From NCBI GenBank assembly GCA_963704885.1, contig CAVPIB010000001.1, positions 416,001-480,000 of the forward strand: a DNA stretch of 64,000 nucleotides, written 5' to 3'. Made by a program: the position numbers and the translations under genes. Below are positions 20,945-30,221 of this stretch, piece by piece; the first letter of the stretch is position 1; every line of letters begins with the position of its first letter. Below the pieces are notes generated by a model that saw only the letters and a program-made list of their open reading frames with translations, did not search any database and was not told the origin of the DNA. This DNA is from an uncultured Actinomycetes bacterium. Lineage in GTDB: Bacteria > Actinomycetota > UBA4738 > HRBIN12.

Positions 20945-22324
20945 TCAGCCGCGCTCGAAGTATCTCGCCATCTCCCAGTCGGTGACCGTCGTGTTGTCGA
21001 AGATCACCTGCTCCTGCACGGCCGTGTTCAGCAGGTGCTCGAAGACGAAGTCGCCGAACGCCTCACGCGCGACCTTGCTCTTGCGGAACGTCTCGACGGC
21101 CTCGTGCAGCGAGTAAGGGACGCGCGGGACCTTCTTGGCCTCGTAGGCGTTGCCCTTGAACATCTCCGGCGGCTCGACCTTGTTCCTTATCCCGTGAAGG
21201 CCGCCCGCGATGGTTGCGGCCAGGCCGAGGTATGGGTTCATGTCGCCGCCCGGGATGCGACTCTCGACCCGCGCGCCGGTGTGCTCGCCCACCGTCCGGA
21301 ACCCGCACGTACGGTTGTCGCGACTCCAGACGATCGCGGTCGGGGCCCACGAGCCGAGCTGATACCGCTTGTAGGAGTTCACGAACGGCGCGAACATGAA
21401 CGACATCTCTCGCGCGGTCGCCATCAACCCACCCATGTAGTGGCGGTAGGTCTCCGAGAGATGGTGCGGCGCCTTTGCGTCGTACATCAGTGACTTCTTC
21501 CCCGTCTTGTCCCATGCGCTCGAGTGCACGTGGCACGAGGATCCGGCCTCGTCCATGGTCCACTTCGCCATGAACGTGGCGGCGACACCGTTCGCCGCGC
21601 AGATCTCCTTCACGCCGTGCTTGTAGAACGCGTGATAGTCGGCCGTGGTGAGGGCATCCGCGTACGTGATGTTGATCTCGTGCTGGCCCTTCCCGAACTC
21701 GCCCTTGCTGAACTCCACCGGGATCCCCGCGCCCAACATCCCGTTGCGGATCTGCCGGATGATCCACTCGTCCTTGGTGGTCTGGAGCATGTGGTAATCC
21801 ATGATGTACGTCGAGGTCGGACGCAGGTTCCGATACCCGCCTTCGGCGATGTCGTCGTAGGAGTCGCGGAAGAGGTAGAACTCGAGCTCCGTCCCGGTCT
21901 TGATCGTGAGGTCCATCTTCTTCGCGCGTTCGATCTGACGCTTGAGGATCTGCCTTGGAGCGACCTCGACAGGCTCGCCCGTCTCTTCGTCGGCGATGTC
22001 GCAGATCACCATCGCGGTCTTCTCGAGCCACGGGCACCACCGCATCGTGGACATGTCCGGGACCATCCGGAAGTCGCCGTAGCCCGTCTCCCAGCTCGCG
22101 TACTTGTAGCCCGGGAGCGGCTCCATCTCCATGTCGATCGCCAGCAGGTAGAGGCAGGCGTGCAGGCCCTCCTCTCCCAAGATCTCCTCGAAGAAGAAGT
22201 GCGGGACCACGCGCTTGCCCATGAACCGGCCCTGCAGGTCGGTGAACATGCAGAGCACGGTGTCGACCTCGCCCGCGTCCGCCGCTGCCTGCAACTGCTT
22301 AACGTCGAGCATCCCTTGGTTCAT
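20945..22324 (-). CDS. GlnA4-like glutamine synthetase family gamma-glutamyl ligase
   Basis: DLQGRFMGKR, SWETGYGDF, ELEFYLF, SKGEFGKGQHEIN, GSSCHVH, NSYKRY..GSWAPT, ESRIPGGDMNPYL. Confidence 0.93.
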   Translation of the reverse strand: MNQGMLDVKQLQAAADAGEVDTVLCMFTDLQGRFMGKRVVPHFFFEEILGEEGLHACLYLLAIDMEMEPLPGYKYASWETGYGDFRMVPDMSTMRWCPWLEKTAMVICDIADEETGEPVEVAPRQILKRQIERAKKMDLTIKTGTELEFYLFRDSYDDIAEGGYRNLRPTSTYIMDYHMLQTTKDEWIIRQIRNGMLGAGIPVEFSKGEFGKGQHEINITYADALTTADYHAFYKHGVKEICAANGVAATFMAKWTMDEAGSSCHVHSSAWDKTGKKSLMYDAKAPHHLSETYRHYMGGLMATAREMSFMFAPFVNSYKRYQLGSWAPTAIVWSRDNRTCGFRTVGEHTGARVESRIPGGDMNPYLGLAATIAGGLHGIRNKVEPPEMFKGNAYEAKKVPRVPYSLHEAVETFRKSKVAREAFGDFVFEHLLNTAVQEQVIFDNTTVTDWEMARYFERG

Positions 22325-22347
22325 GTCGCCTCCCCCTCACGAACGAA

Positions 22348-22378
22348 CGAGCGCGGCGGCCTCCGGCCGCCGCGCTCG
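22348..22378. terminator. Perfect 14-bp GC hairpin between the permease and the glnA4-like gene (attenuator, terminator or stabiliser)
   Basis: CGAGCGCGGCGGCC-TCC-GGCCGCCGCGCTCG, followed on the minus strand by TTCGTTCGT. Confidence 0.55.
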
Positions 22379-22401
22379 AGCGTCAACTCTGAGCCTTATC
22401 G

Positions 22402-24018
22402 CTAGCCCGTCGGCGCAGCCGGCGGCGTTGGGCCCCCGCCTCCGCCCAGGATCGATTCCTGTTCCTCCTTCGAGCTCGAGTAGCCCTCTTGCTCGGGGAT
22501 GCCGCGCTCACCACTCGTTAGGGCGAACTCCTCTTCGGGTGAGAGCACCAGGCGATGCCTCCCAGCGATCGCGAAGTAGATCACGCCGAGGACGTAGTAG
22601 ACAGCCACCCCGTAGACCCCGGGCCGGTAGGCCTCATTCAAGAAGATCGACGCCAGCGAGACCACGGCGATGATGCCGGCGATCATGGCGCCGGCGTTAC
22701 CCCATGGGCTCAAGTAGGGGCGATCGATGTTCGGGAGCCTCTGTCGAAGCAGAACGAACGAGATGCACTGCAGCGTGTAAGAGATCACAGCCGCGAATAC
22801 GGCCATGTTCAACACCGCCGCAACGATCTGACCCGCGGCGTCGCCGCCCTTGCGTCCCAGGTACCAGACGAGCCAGACGACGATATAGCCGACGATCGCG
22901 CCGGCGATCAGGGCCACGTGCGGCGTCTTCCGCTTCCCGCCCGTCTTCGACAGGAACGCCGGGAAATACCCAGCACGGGAGAGCGAGTATGTATTACGGC
23001 CGTAGGCGTAGATGATCGTGAAGAAGCTCGCGATCAGCCCAAGGAGACCGATCAGGCCCAGCAGCTCCGCCGCCGTCCCATCTCCGAACACGCCCTTGAA
23101 ACCATCGAACAACGGTGTGCCCGAAGCTCCGATGGCCGAGGCGCCCCCCCCGATGCCACTGTTGATGAACAGCGTGAGGACGCTAGCGATCAGCAGGGTG
23201 TGCATCCCCCAGATCGTTCCCTTCGGAACGTCCCGCCTCGGGTCCATCGACTCTTCGGCGGCCAGAGGCACTTCCTCGATCGCCAGATAGAACCAGATGG
23301 CGAACGGCAACGACTTGAAGATCCCACTGATGCCGAACGGGAGCCAGGGGCCTCCCCCGTTCGGGAGCGGATCGCCGCCACCGTCCGGGATGTTGAACAA
23401 CAGGCTCGGCTTGAACTTCCCGCCCACCAACGCGGAGACCCAGAACAGCGCGAGGATCCCGAGTGCCACGATGGTGATCCCCACGGTGAACCGCATCGTC
23501 GCCTCGATGCCGATGATGTTGATCCCCACGAAGATCACGTAGAAGACGGCCCACCAGAACGGCTCGCTGTTCCAGAAGGGATCGCCGGTGATATCCAATA
23601 GCCCCGCCATGATGTCGTGCATCAAGACACCCATGGCGGCTACGACCACCGCCGGTGTGATGACGTATTCCGCGTTCTCGGCTAACCCGGTGAGGAATCC
23701 ACCCCACGGCCCCATCGCCGAGCGGGCGAACGAGTACGCGCCACCGGTGTGCGGCAGCGCCGGTGACATCTCTGCGATGGAATAGCAGAGGCCGTAGTAC
23801 ATGACGGCGATGACGGCCGTCGCGATCAGCAGTCCACCGAAGCCCCCGGTGGCCAGCCCGGCGTTCCAGCCGTAGAAGTCGCCCGATATGACGGCTCCGA
23901 CGCCGAGCGCCCAGAGCGACCACACACCTGCGTGACGTCTGAGTCCCCGCTCCTTGAAGTACTCCTCGTCCACCTCCTTGTAGGTGACGGAGCCAACCTT
24001 TCGCTCTCTTTCAGACAC
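22402..24018 (-). CDS. APC-family amine permease, ethanolamine permease (Eat)-like
   Basis: LWALGVGAVISGDFYGWN, PHTGGAYSFAR, PFAIWFYLAIE, LSPEEEFA. Confidence 0.9.
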   Translation of the reverse strand: MSERERKVGSVTYKEVDEEYFKERGLRRHAGVWSLWALGVGAVISGDFYGWNAGLATGGFGGLLIATAVIAVMYYGLCYSIAEMSPALPHTGGAYSFARSAMGPWGGFLTGLAENAEYVITPAVVVAAMGVLMHDIMAGLLDITGDPFWNSEPFWWAVFYVIFVGINIIGIEATMRFTVGITIVALGILALFWVSALVGGKFKPSLLFNIPDGGGDPLPNGGGPWLPFGISGIFKSLPFAIWFYLAIEEVPLAAEESMDPRRDVPKGTIWGMHTLLIASVLTLFINSGIGGGASAIGASGTPLFDGFKGVFGDGTAAELLGLIGLLGLIASFFTIIYAYGRNTYSLSRAGYFPAFLSKTGGKRKTPHVALIAGAIVGYIVVWLVWYLGRKGGDAAGQIVAAVLNMAVFAAVISYTLQCISFVLLRQRLPNIDRPYLSPWGNAGAMIAGIIAVVSLASIFLNEAYRPGVYGVAVYYVLGVIYFAIAGRHRLVLSPEEEFALTSGERGIPEQEGYSSSKEEQESILGGGGGPTPPAAPTG

Positions 24019-24081
24019 GCGGGATTCCCCCTCCCGATCGACGACGCGGCTTTTCCCTGCGTATCTAGCACCAGAAGCCGC

Positions 24082-24092
24082 TTGTCTGTCAA
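24082..24092 (-). promoter_or_regulatory. Candidate second operator overlapping a TTGACA -35-like box upstream of the eat-like permease
   Basis: Minus strand TTGACAGACAA is a 10/11 match to TTGTCAGACAA at 11201. Confidence 0.5.
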
Positions 24093-24123
24093 ACGCGCTC
24101 GCGTCGGCGTTCCTCGGGGCGAT

Positions 24124-24399
24124 TCAGCGCGGGTATGGGGTGATTCGCGTCAATCGAGCCAAGAGGGCGACTCCCATCCCGAGTCCCAGACCGGTCGAGA
24201 TGCCCCAGGCGTCAACGACCGATGCGAAGATCGTTCCCAGGAGCAGGCAAGCAAGGACCAGGGGCCACCGAAGTTGCACGTCAACCACGTATCGCAGCAG
24301 CAGTAGGCAGCCGATGAAACCGACCATCGGCCAGTAGTCCCATCCGGAGGAGGGCCCCCCCAGCGGCAAGGGAACGCCTATCGCGATCGAACGCAGCAT
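24124..24399 (-). CDS. Small hypothetical membrane protein
   Basis: About 3 hydrophobic segments. TAACAT 6 nt before the ATG at 24399. Confidence 0.55.
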   Translation of the reverse strand: MLRSIAIGVPLPLGGPSSGWDYWPMVGFIGCLLLLRYVVDVQLRWPLVLACLLLGTIFASVVDAWGISTGLGLGMGVALLARLTRITPYPR

Positions 24400-24435
24400 C
24401 CCCACGATGTTACGGCGGTTGCCCGATAGCGGTAC

Positions 24436-25212
24436 TCAGTCCTCCGGCGTGACGTAGGCCGCCGTGATGCCTCCGTCCACGATCAGCGAGGTCCCGGTCA
24501 TGTAGCTGGAGTCGTCGCTCGCCAGGAAGAGCGCCGCCTTCGCGAGCTCCTCGGCCTGGCCCAGGCGACCCATGGGGATGTGGACCAAACGCCGCTGTCG
24601 GCGGGCGGGATCGGACAGCAGCTCCGCCAAGAGCGGAGTGTCTATCGGTCCCGGACAGAGCGCGTTGCAGCGGATGCCCTTGCGTGCATACTCCACGGCG
24701 ATCTCGCGTGTCATGGCCAGCACGGCACCTTTCGACGCCGTGTACGCGGTCTGCGAGGTGGCTGCCCCCAGCCAGGCTACGAACGAGGCCACGTTGATGA
24801 TCGAGCCTCCACCCGAGGCGATCATGGCCGGCACGCCGAACTTGCAGCCGAAAGCCACGCCCTTCACGTTGATGGCGAGCGTTGTATCCCAGACCGACTC
24901 GTCGGTGGAGTGGACCGATCCGTCCGCGCCCATCATCACGCCCGCGTTGTTGTAGAGCACGTCCAGCCGTTCGAACCGCTCGACCGCGGCGCCCACCATC
25001 GCCTCGGCGTCTGCTTCCTTCGAGACATCGGCGTGAACGAACATCGCCTCGCCGCCCTCGGCCACGATCTCGGCCACCACGGCCTCGCCAGCATGGTCGG
25101 CCACGTCGGTCACCACGACCTTCGCGCCCTCGTTCGCGAACAAGCGGGACGCAACCATGCCCATGCCGCTGCCTCCACCCGTTATCAGCGCGACCTTGCC
25201 ATCCAGACGCAT
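24436..25212 (-). CDS. Short-chain dehydrogenase/reductase
   Basis: [36 protein letters not shown]. Confidence 0.95.
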   Translation of the reverse strand: MRLDGKVALITGGGSGMGMVASRLFANEGAKVVVTDVADHAGEAVVAEIVAEGGEAMFVHADVSKEADAEAMVGAAVERFERLDVLYNNAGVMMGADGSVHSTDESVWDTTLAINVKGVAFGCKFGVPAMIASGGGSIINVASFVAWLGAATSQTAYTASKGAVLAMTREIAVEYARKGIRCNALCPGPIDTPLLAELLSDPARRQRRLVHIPMGRLGQAEELAKAALFLASDDSSYMTGTSLIVDGGITAAYVTPED

Positions 25213-25351
25213 CTTGTCCAACCTCCGTGTCGTGTGCGCGGGTGAAGGGTACGCCGGTGGCGCTACCATCGCCGGGTGGGGGACCCCTCGGTCGCGTCGG
25301 CCGGGATGGTCACCGTGCGGCTGCTCGTTGACGCGAGGAAGGGGTTCGCAG

Positions 25352-26782
25352 ATGGCGGAGATGTTGCTCGTCGGCGGTGAGCGTGTGGCCGCGGCGGAGG
25401 GCAAGACGTTCGAGGTCGTGGAGCCGGCCACCGCTGCGCCGATGGCCGAGGTGTCCGAGGCCGGTCCCGAGGACGCCCGCCGAGCGGTCGACGTGGCCGT
25501 GCGGGCGTTCGAAGAGGGCCCCTGGCCTCGAACCAGCGCGCGCGAACGCGGTCGCGTCCTCACCAAGGCGTCGTTCCTGATCCGCGAGCGCCTGGAGGAG
25601 CTGGCCCAGCTCGAGGCCCGCAACGGTGGAAAACCCATCAGCGCCGCTCGCGGCGAGATCGACATCGTGGCAAACACGTTCGAGTACTGGGGAGGCGCCG
25701 CTAACAAGATCTTCGGCGAATCCATCCCGATCATGCCGCCGGGTATCGACGTCACCATCCGCGAGCCGATGGGGGTCTGCGTCCTGATAACGCCGTGGAA
25801 CTTCCCGGCTGCCATCACGTCCTGGAAGGTGGCGCCGGCGCTCGCCTGCGGGAACACCGCGATCGTGAAGCCCGCTTCCCAGACACCGCTGACCGCCCTG
25901 GTCATGGCCGAGATCTTGGCCGAGGCAGGTCTGCCTGACGGCGCGCTCAACGTGCTGCCGGGTCCCGGCTCGACCATGGCCGGCGCGCTGATCGCGGATC
26001 CGCGGGTCTCGAAGATCAGCTTCACTGGGTCGACCGAGGTCGGAACGAGGGTCATGCAGGAGGCCGCCAATAACATCACGCGCGTCTCGCTGGAGCTGGG
26101 CGGAAAGTCGGCCAACGTGATCTTCGCCGACGCCGACCTGGAGCTATGCGTCGAGAAGTCGATCTGGTCGGTGTTCGACAATGCGGGCCAGGACTGCTGT
26201 GCTCGGTCCCGAGCCTTCGTGGAACGCCCGATCTACGAGGAGTTCATCGAGCGCTTCGCCAAGCGCACCGACTCGATCGCGGTTGGGGAGCCGCTCGACG
26301 AGGCCACGGAGATGGGCCCGCTAATCTCGAAGGGGCAGAGGCAGACCGCGCTCGACTACATCCAGATCGGCGTGGACGAAGGCGCCCGCCGTGTCACGGG
26401 CGGTGAGGTCCCCGATCGCCCGGGGTTCTTCATGCGTCCCACCGTCCTGGCAGACGTCCACAACGACATGCGGGTCGCCCGGGAAGAGATCTTCGGCCCG
26501 GTTGCCTCGATCCTGCCGTTCGACACCGAGGAGGAAGCGATCCGCCAGGCGAACGACTCGCCGTACGGGCTTTCGGGCTCGGTGTGGACCCGAGACATCG
26601 GGCGTGCGATCCGCGTCGCCAAGGGCATCCGCACCGGTGTGATCAGCGTGAACTCCTCGTCGAGCGTGTTCACAGAGGCCCCGTTCGGCGGATACAAGCA
26701 GAGCGGGATGGGGCGTGAGATGGGGATGCACGCCGCTGAGCTCTACACCGAGCTCAAGAACATCTACCTCAGCGAGGTCTAG
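25352..26782 (+). CDS. Aldehyde dehydrogenase
   Basis: [36 protein letters not shown]. Confidence 0.95.
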   Translation: MAEMLLVGGERVAAAEGKTFEVVEPATAAPMAEVSEAGPEDARRAVDVAVRAFEEGPWPRTSARERGRVLTKASFLIRERLEELAQLEARNGGKPISAARGEIDIVANTFEYWGGAANKIFGESIPIMPPGIDVTIREPMGVCVLITPWNFPAAITSWKVAPALACGNTAIVKPASQTPLTALVMAEILAEAGLPDGALNVLPGPGSTMAGALIADPRVSKISFTGSTEVGTRVMQEAANNITRVSLELGGKSANVIFADADLELCVEKSIWSVFDNAGQDCCARSRAFVERPIYEEFIERFAKRTDSIAVGEPLDEATEMGPLISKGQRQTALDYIQIGVDEGARRVTGGEVPDRPGFFMRPTVLADVHNDMRVAREEIFGPVASILPFDTEEEAIRQANDSPYGLSGSVWTRDIGRAIRVAKGIRTGVISVNSSSSVFTEAPFGGYKQSGMGREMGMHAAELYTELKNIYLSEV

Positions 26783-26817
26783 ACGGCCCCTCCGGGACCG
26801 CGGATACACTCGGAGCC

Positions 26818-27357
26818 ATGGTGGAACTCCCCGAAGAGCTGCAAGATCGGCCGCCTCGCCAACCTGGGCATGAGCCTACGGCCAGGCTTACGCTGGATGC
26901 CTACCTCCGTCTGAAGGCTGAGCTCGAGGAGTTCATGACATCGGGTCGGACGCACATCTCTGCGCGGATCAAGGTCGCCCGCGAACACGGCGACATCCGA
27001 GAGAACTCGGAGTACGACGCCGCCAAGAACGAGCAGGGTCTCATGGAGTCGAAGATCCGCAAGCTGCAACACATGCTGCGGGACCCAGAGATCGTCGAGG
27101 CTCCCTTGGACAGCGATGCGGTCGGCCCCGGCATGCTCGTCACCGTGCGCCCGCTCGACGACGACGATCCCGAGGACGAGACCTACCTGCTGGCTGAGCA
27201 CGCGGAGGAGAGGGCGAAGGGTGCCCGCACCGTTACCACGACATCGCCGTTCGGGTCGGCGCTCATGGGTGCCGCCGACGGGCAGGAGATCGTGTACGAG
27301 GCGCCGGGCGGCAACTTCCGCTACGTGGTCGTCGGGTTCGAACCTCATACCGGATAG
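26818..27357 (+). CDS. greA: Transcription elongation factor GreA/GreB family
   Basis: AREHGDIRENSEYDAAK, SPFGSALMG. Confidence 0.88.
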   Translation: MVELPEELQDRPPRQPGHEPTARLTLDAYLRLKAELEEFMTSGRTHISARIKVAREHGDIRENSEYDAAKNEQGLMESKIRKLQHMLRDPEIVEAPLDSDAVGPGMLVTVRPLDDDDPEDETYLLAEHAEERAKGARTVTTTSPFGSALMGAADGQEIVYEAPGGNFRYVVVGFEPHTG

Positions 27358-27375
27358 CTAGTCTGTGATGGACTA

Positions 27376-28032
27376 GTGACCTCCAAGCAGCCGAACCCCG
27401 GCCACGAAGCCCCCCGGGTCCGGGATATGCCCGCGCCGCGCAAGAGCGAGGGCGCGGCCGGCGGCGCGATGCAGCGCATCTTCGCCTGGCCGTATCGGGG
27501 GATCCTCGCGTTCCTGCTCTGGACAGGCATCTATCCGTGGCAGCTGTCGCTGTTGTCGCTTTCCCTGAACGTGGTGGTTGGCGCGCTCATCATCACCGGC
27601 GACTGGCTCGTGGCGGGCGTGCTTCTGGTCGTTGCCGGCCTGAGCGATGTGTTCGACGGCTCGGTCGCCAGACAGCGCGGAGTGGAGTCGCGATCAGGGG
27701 CGTTCCTCGATTCGGTGCTGGATCGTGTCTCCGACATGATCCTGTTCTCGTGCCTGTTCTGGGCATTGGCCGCTGAGGGCGAGACAACCCAAGCAGCTCT
27801 GGCCCTGGTGACCCTAGTGGTGAGTCTGTCGGTGAGCCACGTCCGGGCCGAGGCCGAAGCTGTAGGGGTGTCGCTTACAGAAGGGTTCTTCCAGCGGCTC
27901 GAGAGGTTCCTCGCGCTGATAGTCGGACTGGTGGTTCCCGGCGCGATGCCCGTGGTTCTGATCCTCCTCACCGTCCTCGGAGGCGTGACGCTGTTGCAGC
28001 GCGGATGGTCGGCGGTTCGCGAGGCGCGGTGA
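27376..28032 (+). CDS. CDP-alcohol phosphatidyltransferase (PgsA/PIP synthase-like)
   Basis: DVFDGSVAR...GAFLDSVLDRVSD signature. Confidence 0.92.
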   Translation: MTSKQPNPGHEAPRVRDMPAPRKSEGAAGGAMQRIFAWPYRGILAFLLWTGIYPWQLSLLSLSLNVVVGALIITGDWLVAGVLLVVAGLSDVFDGSVARQRGVESRSGAFLDSVLDRVSDMILFSCLFWALAAEGETTQAALALVTLVVSLSVSHVRAEAEAVGVSLTEGFFQRLERFLALIVGLVVPGAMPVVLILLTVLGGVTLLQRGWSAVREAR

Positions 28033-28083
28033 TCGTGCCAGGCCGGTAGTGTTCCACCGACCGATCGATGGGAGGTTGGCCTG

Positions 28084-28419
28084 GTGGAATACATCCGGGT
28101 GGCCGGGATCGCCGAGATACCGGAGGGCGAGATGCGCGCTTACGACATCTCCGCCGGACGCGTCGCGATCACGCATGTCGAGCACCGTCTGTTCGCGTTC
28201 GGCGATGAATGCACGCATGCAGGATGCTCGCTCGCCGATGGGGAGTTCGACGATCGCGGGGCCACCGTGGAGTGTCCCTGCCACGGCAGCGTCTTCGACG
28301 TGGAGACCGGCGAACCGATCGAGGGGCCGGCCCAGGACCCGGTGCCTATCTTCCCGGCGCGACTGACCGATGACGGTTGGGTCGAGATCGCGACACAGCC
28401 CGCAGGTGACACCGACTGA
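28084..28419 (+). CDS. Rieske [2Fe-2S] ferredoxin
   Basis: CTHAGCSL and CPCHGSVF motifs. Confidence 0.93.
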   Translation: MEYIRVAGIAEIPEGEMRAYDISAGRVAITHVEHRLFAFGDECTHAGCSLADGEFDDRGATVECPCHGSVFDVETGEPIEGPAQDPVPIFPARLTDDGWVEIATQPAGDTD

Positions 28420-28469
28420 AGCGGGGGGTAGTGGAGGCCCTCATCACGGCCCGAACGTGGCGCGTGACT

Positions 28470-30035
28470 TCAGAAGGGGGATGACTCGGCGGGCGGGATC
28501 GGCCCGCCTCCGCCGCCACCACCACCGCCCCCGAACGGGCCCTCCGTGTCGATCCCGTGCCATGGGGGAACCTCAACCGAGCGGTGCCCCCGGACCCCGC
28601 CCAGGATCACCTGTCGCAGCTCGATGTTGTTCGCCGTGGTCACCTCTGTCAGCAGGCCATCGGGGTTCGCCTGGACGGCGATGTAGTACGCGCCGTTCGG
28701 CAGGTGGGTGATGTCGAAGGACTGGCCGGGCAGGCCTTGGAAGTACGTGTCGCCCCAACCGGCCGGCAAGACCTCTCGGGTCCACAGGCTGGCGCGACCG
28801 CCGCAGGCCGTCCCCAGGCCGATCGAGTAAGGGTTCCATTCGGCGCCGGGGGCGGTCATGTCGATGGCATCCGTGGGCGCTAGGCAGAAGCCGGTCTTCT
28901 CGCTGCGCACGATCTGTGTTTGATCTTCGGCAAGCAGCGAGTACCTGGCGAACTGCTCGAAGTGCCAGTGCTGGTGACCGGGGCGAGTGTCGTACATGAG
29001 GTCTCCCGCCTGGATCCGTCCGACCGCGACACCGTTGGAGTAGAAGAACTCCCACGCGTCCATGATCGGCTCGCCTTGGCGCCGGAACCCCTCCACGACC
29101 ATAGGAGAAGGTCCCCTGTCCCACACGGTTGCGCCGAAGTTCAGATAGTCGCGATGCAGGCGTCTCTGGTGATCGATCGTGATGCCCCAGGCTGGGAGCG
29201 CTACCAGGTCGGGCATCACGCTCGGATCGGGGTCCGTCATGATCGGCACCGCGGCCATGCGCGCCCGGGCGTCGGCCGCCGAGCCCCGGTCGTGCCCGCC
29301 ACCGTCGCCCTCGCCGGGACAGTAAGGGACGCAGAAGCCGTGCTTGCGGGTCTTGAGTCGGATCGAGATCGCCACCGACGCGTCAGAGGCCGACACGCCG
29401 AAGAGGTTCTGATACTCGGGGGTGATGGAGACGGTGGCTGTGTAGTGACCGTCCGGGCCCTTGAACGTTCCACCGCCGTAGTAGCCGAACGCGTTCGATG
29501 CCCAACCTTCGTCTATGCCCCAGACCGCGCCGAGGGTGAAGGGGTTGCTGCCGCAGAACTGTGGGTAGGTGGGGATGGCCGGACCGTCGACGCTGAGTCG
29601 TGCGAGCTCACCCGAGCCTGGGCAGAACCTCCGGTAGCGATCCACCACCACCGCGCCTGAGTCGTCGGTGATCGTCACGCGGAAGAACCGAGCCAGTCCG
29701 AGCCAGTCCTGCCCGGCGCTGGGCGTGAACGGGTACTTCTTGATGGCGCCGTTCTCGCGTACCACCTGCCAAACCTGAACCGGATGGTCGTAGTCGGGTC
29801 GGGCGGCCCAGATCTCGAATGCGCCGCCCACGGCGGCCACGTATGTGCTCAGGTCCAGGTACGCGCGCCGACCCTCGTCTCGCTTCAGGGTGACCTTCTC
29901 GGAGCCCGCAACCAGCCGGAGCGAGGGAACCGCCGGTGAAGCGCTCGCGGAGAGTGGAAGCGGACCTGTCGCGATCATGGCGACGCAGAGCGCGACCCCG
30001 ATGGCGCCCAGACGGAAACGGCGTGGAGTTGACAT
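28470..30035 (-). CDS. Secreted lysyl oxidase-like copper protein
   Basis: Signal peptide, PDLV, GHQHWHFEQFARYSL, EKTGFCL, GWGDTY, ANPDG..TE...NN. Confidence 0.85.
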   Translation of the reverse strand: MSTPRRFRLGAIGVALCVAMIATGPLPLSASASPAVPSLRLVAGSEKVTLKRDEGRRAYLDLSTYVAAVGGAFEIWAARPDYDHPVQVWQVVRENGAIKKYPFTPSAGQDWLGLARFFRVTITDDSGAVVVDRYRRFCPGSGELARLSVDGPAIPTYPQFCGSNPFTLGAVWGIDEGWASNAFGYYGGGTFKGPDGHYTATVSITPEYQNLFGVSASDASVAISIRLKTRKHGFCVPYCPGEGDGGGHDRGSAADARARMAAVPIMTDPDPSVMPDLVALPAWGITIDHQRRLHRDYLNFGATVWDRGPSPMVVEGFRRQGEPIMDAWEFFYSNGVAVGRIQAGDLMYDTRPGHQHWHFEQFARYSLLAEDQTQIVRSEKTGFCLAPTDAIDMTAPGAEWNPYSIGLGTACGGRASLWTREVLPAGWGDTYFQGLPGQSFDITHLPNGAYYIAVQANPDGLLTEVTTANNIELRQVILGGVRGHRSVEVPPWHGIDTEGPFGGGGGGGGGGPIPPAESSPF

Positions 30036-30221
30036 CCTTCCTCCCGACTGACTTGACGTTGGGGCGTATGCCCCGCCCTGCGACGCGCGGAACGGCCGTG
30101 AGGTTTCACCGCCGCGGACATATTCCCATGGCGTCACGCGGCGGATGCTGAAGCGGCCTAGCCACCATCGAGACGACACGCTAGGCTCGCGCCTCTGGCG
30201 CAGGCACGAGGAGGCTTCCCC

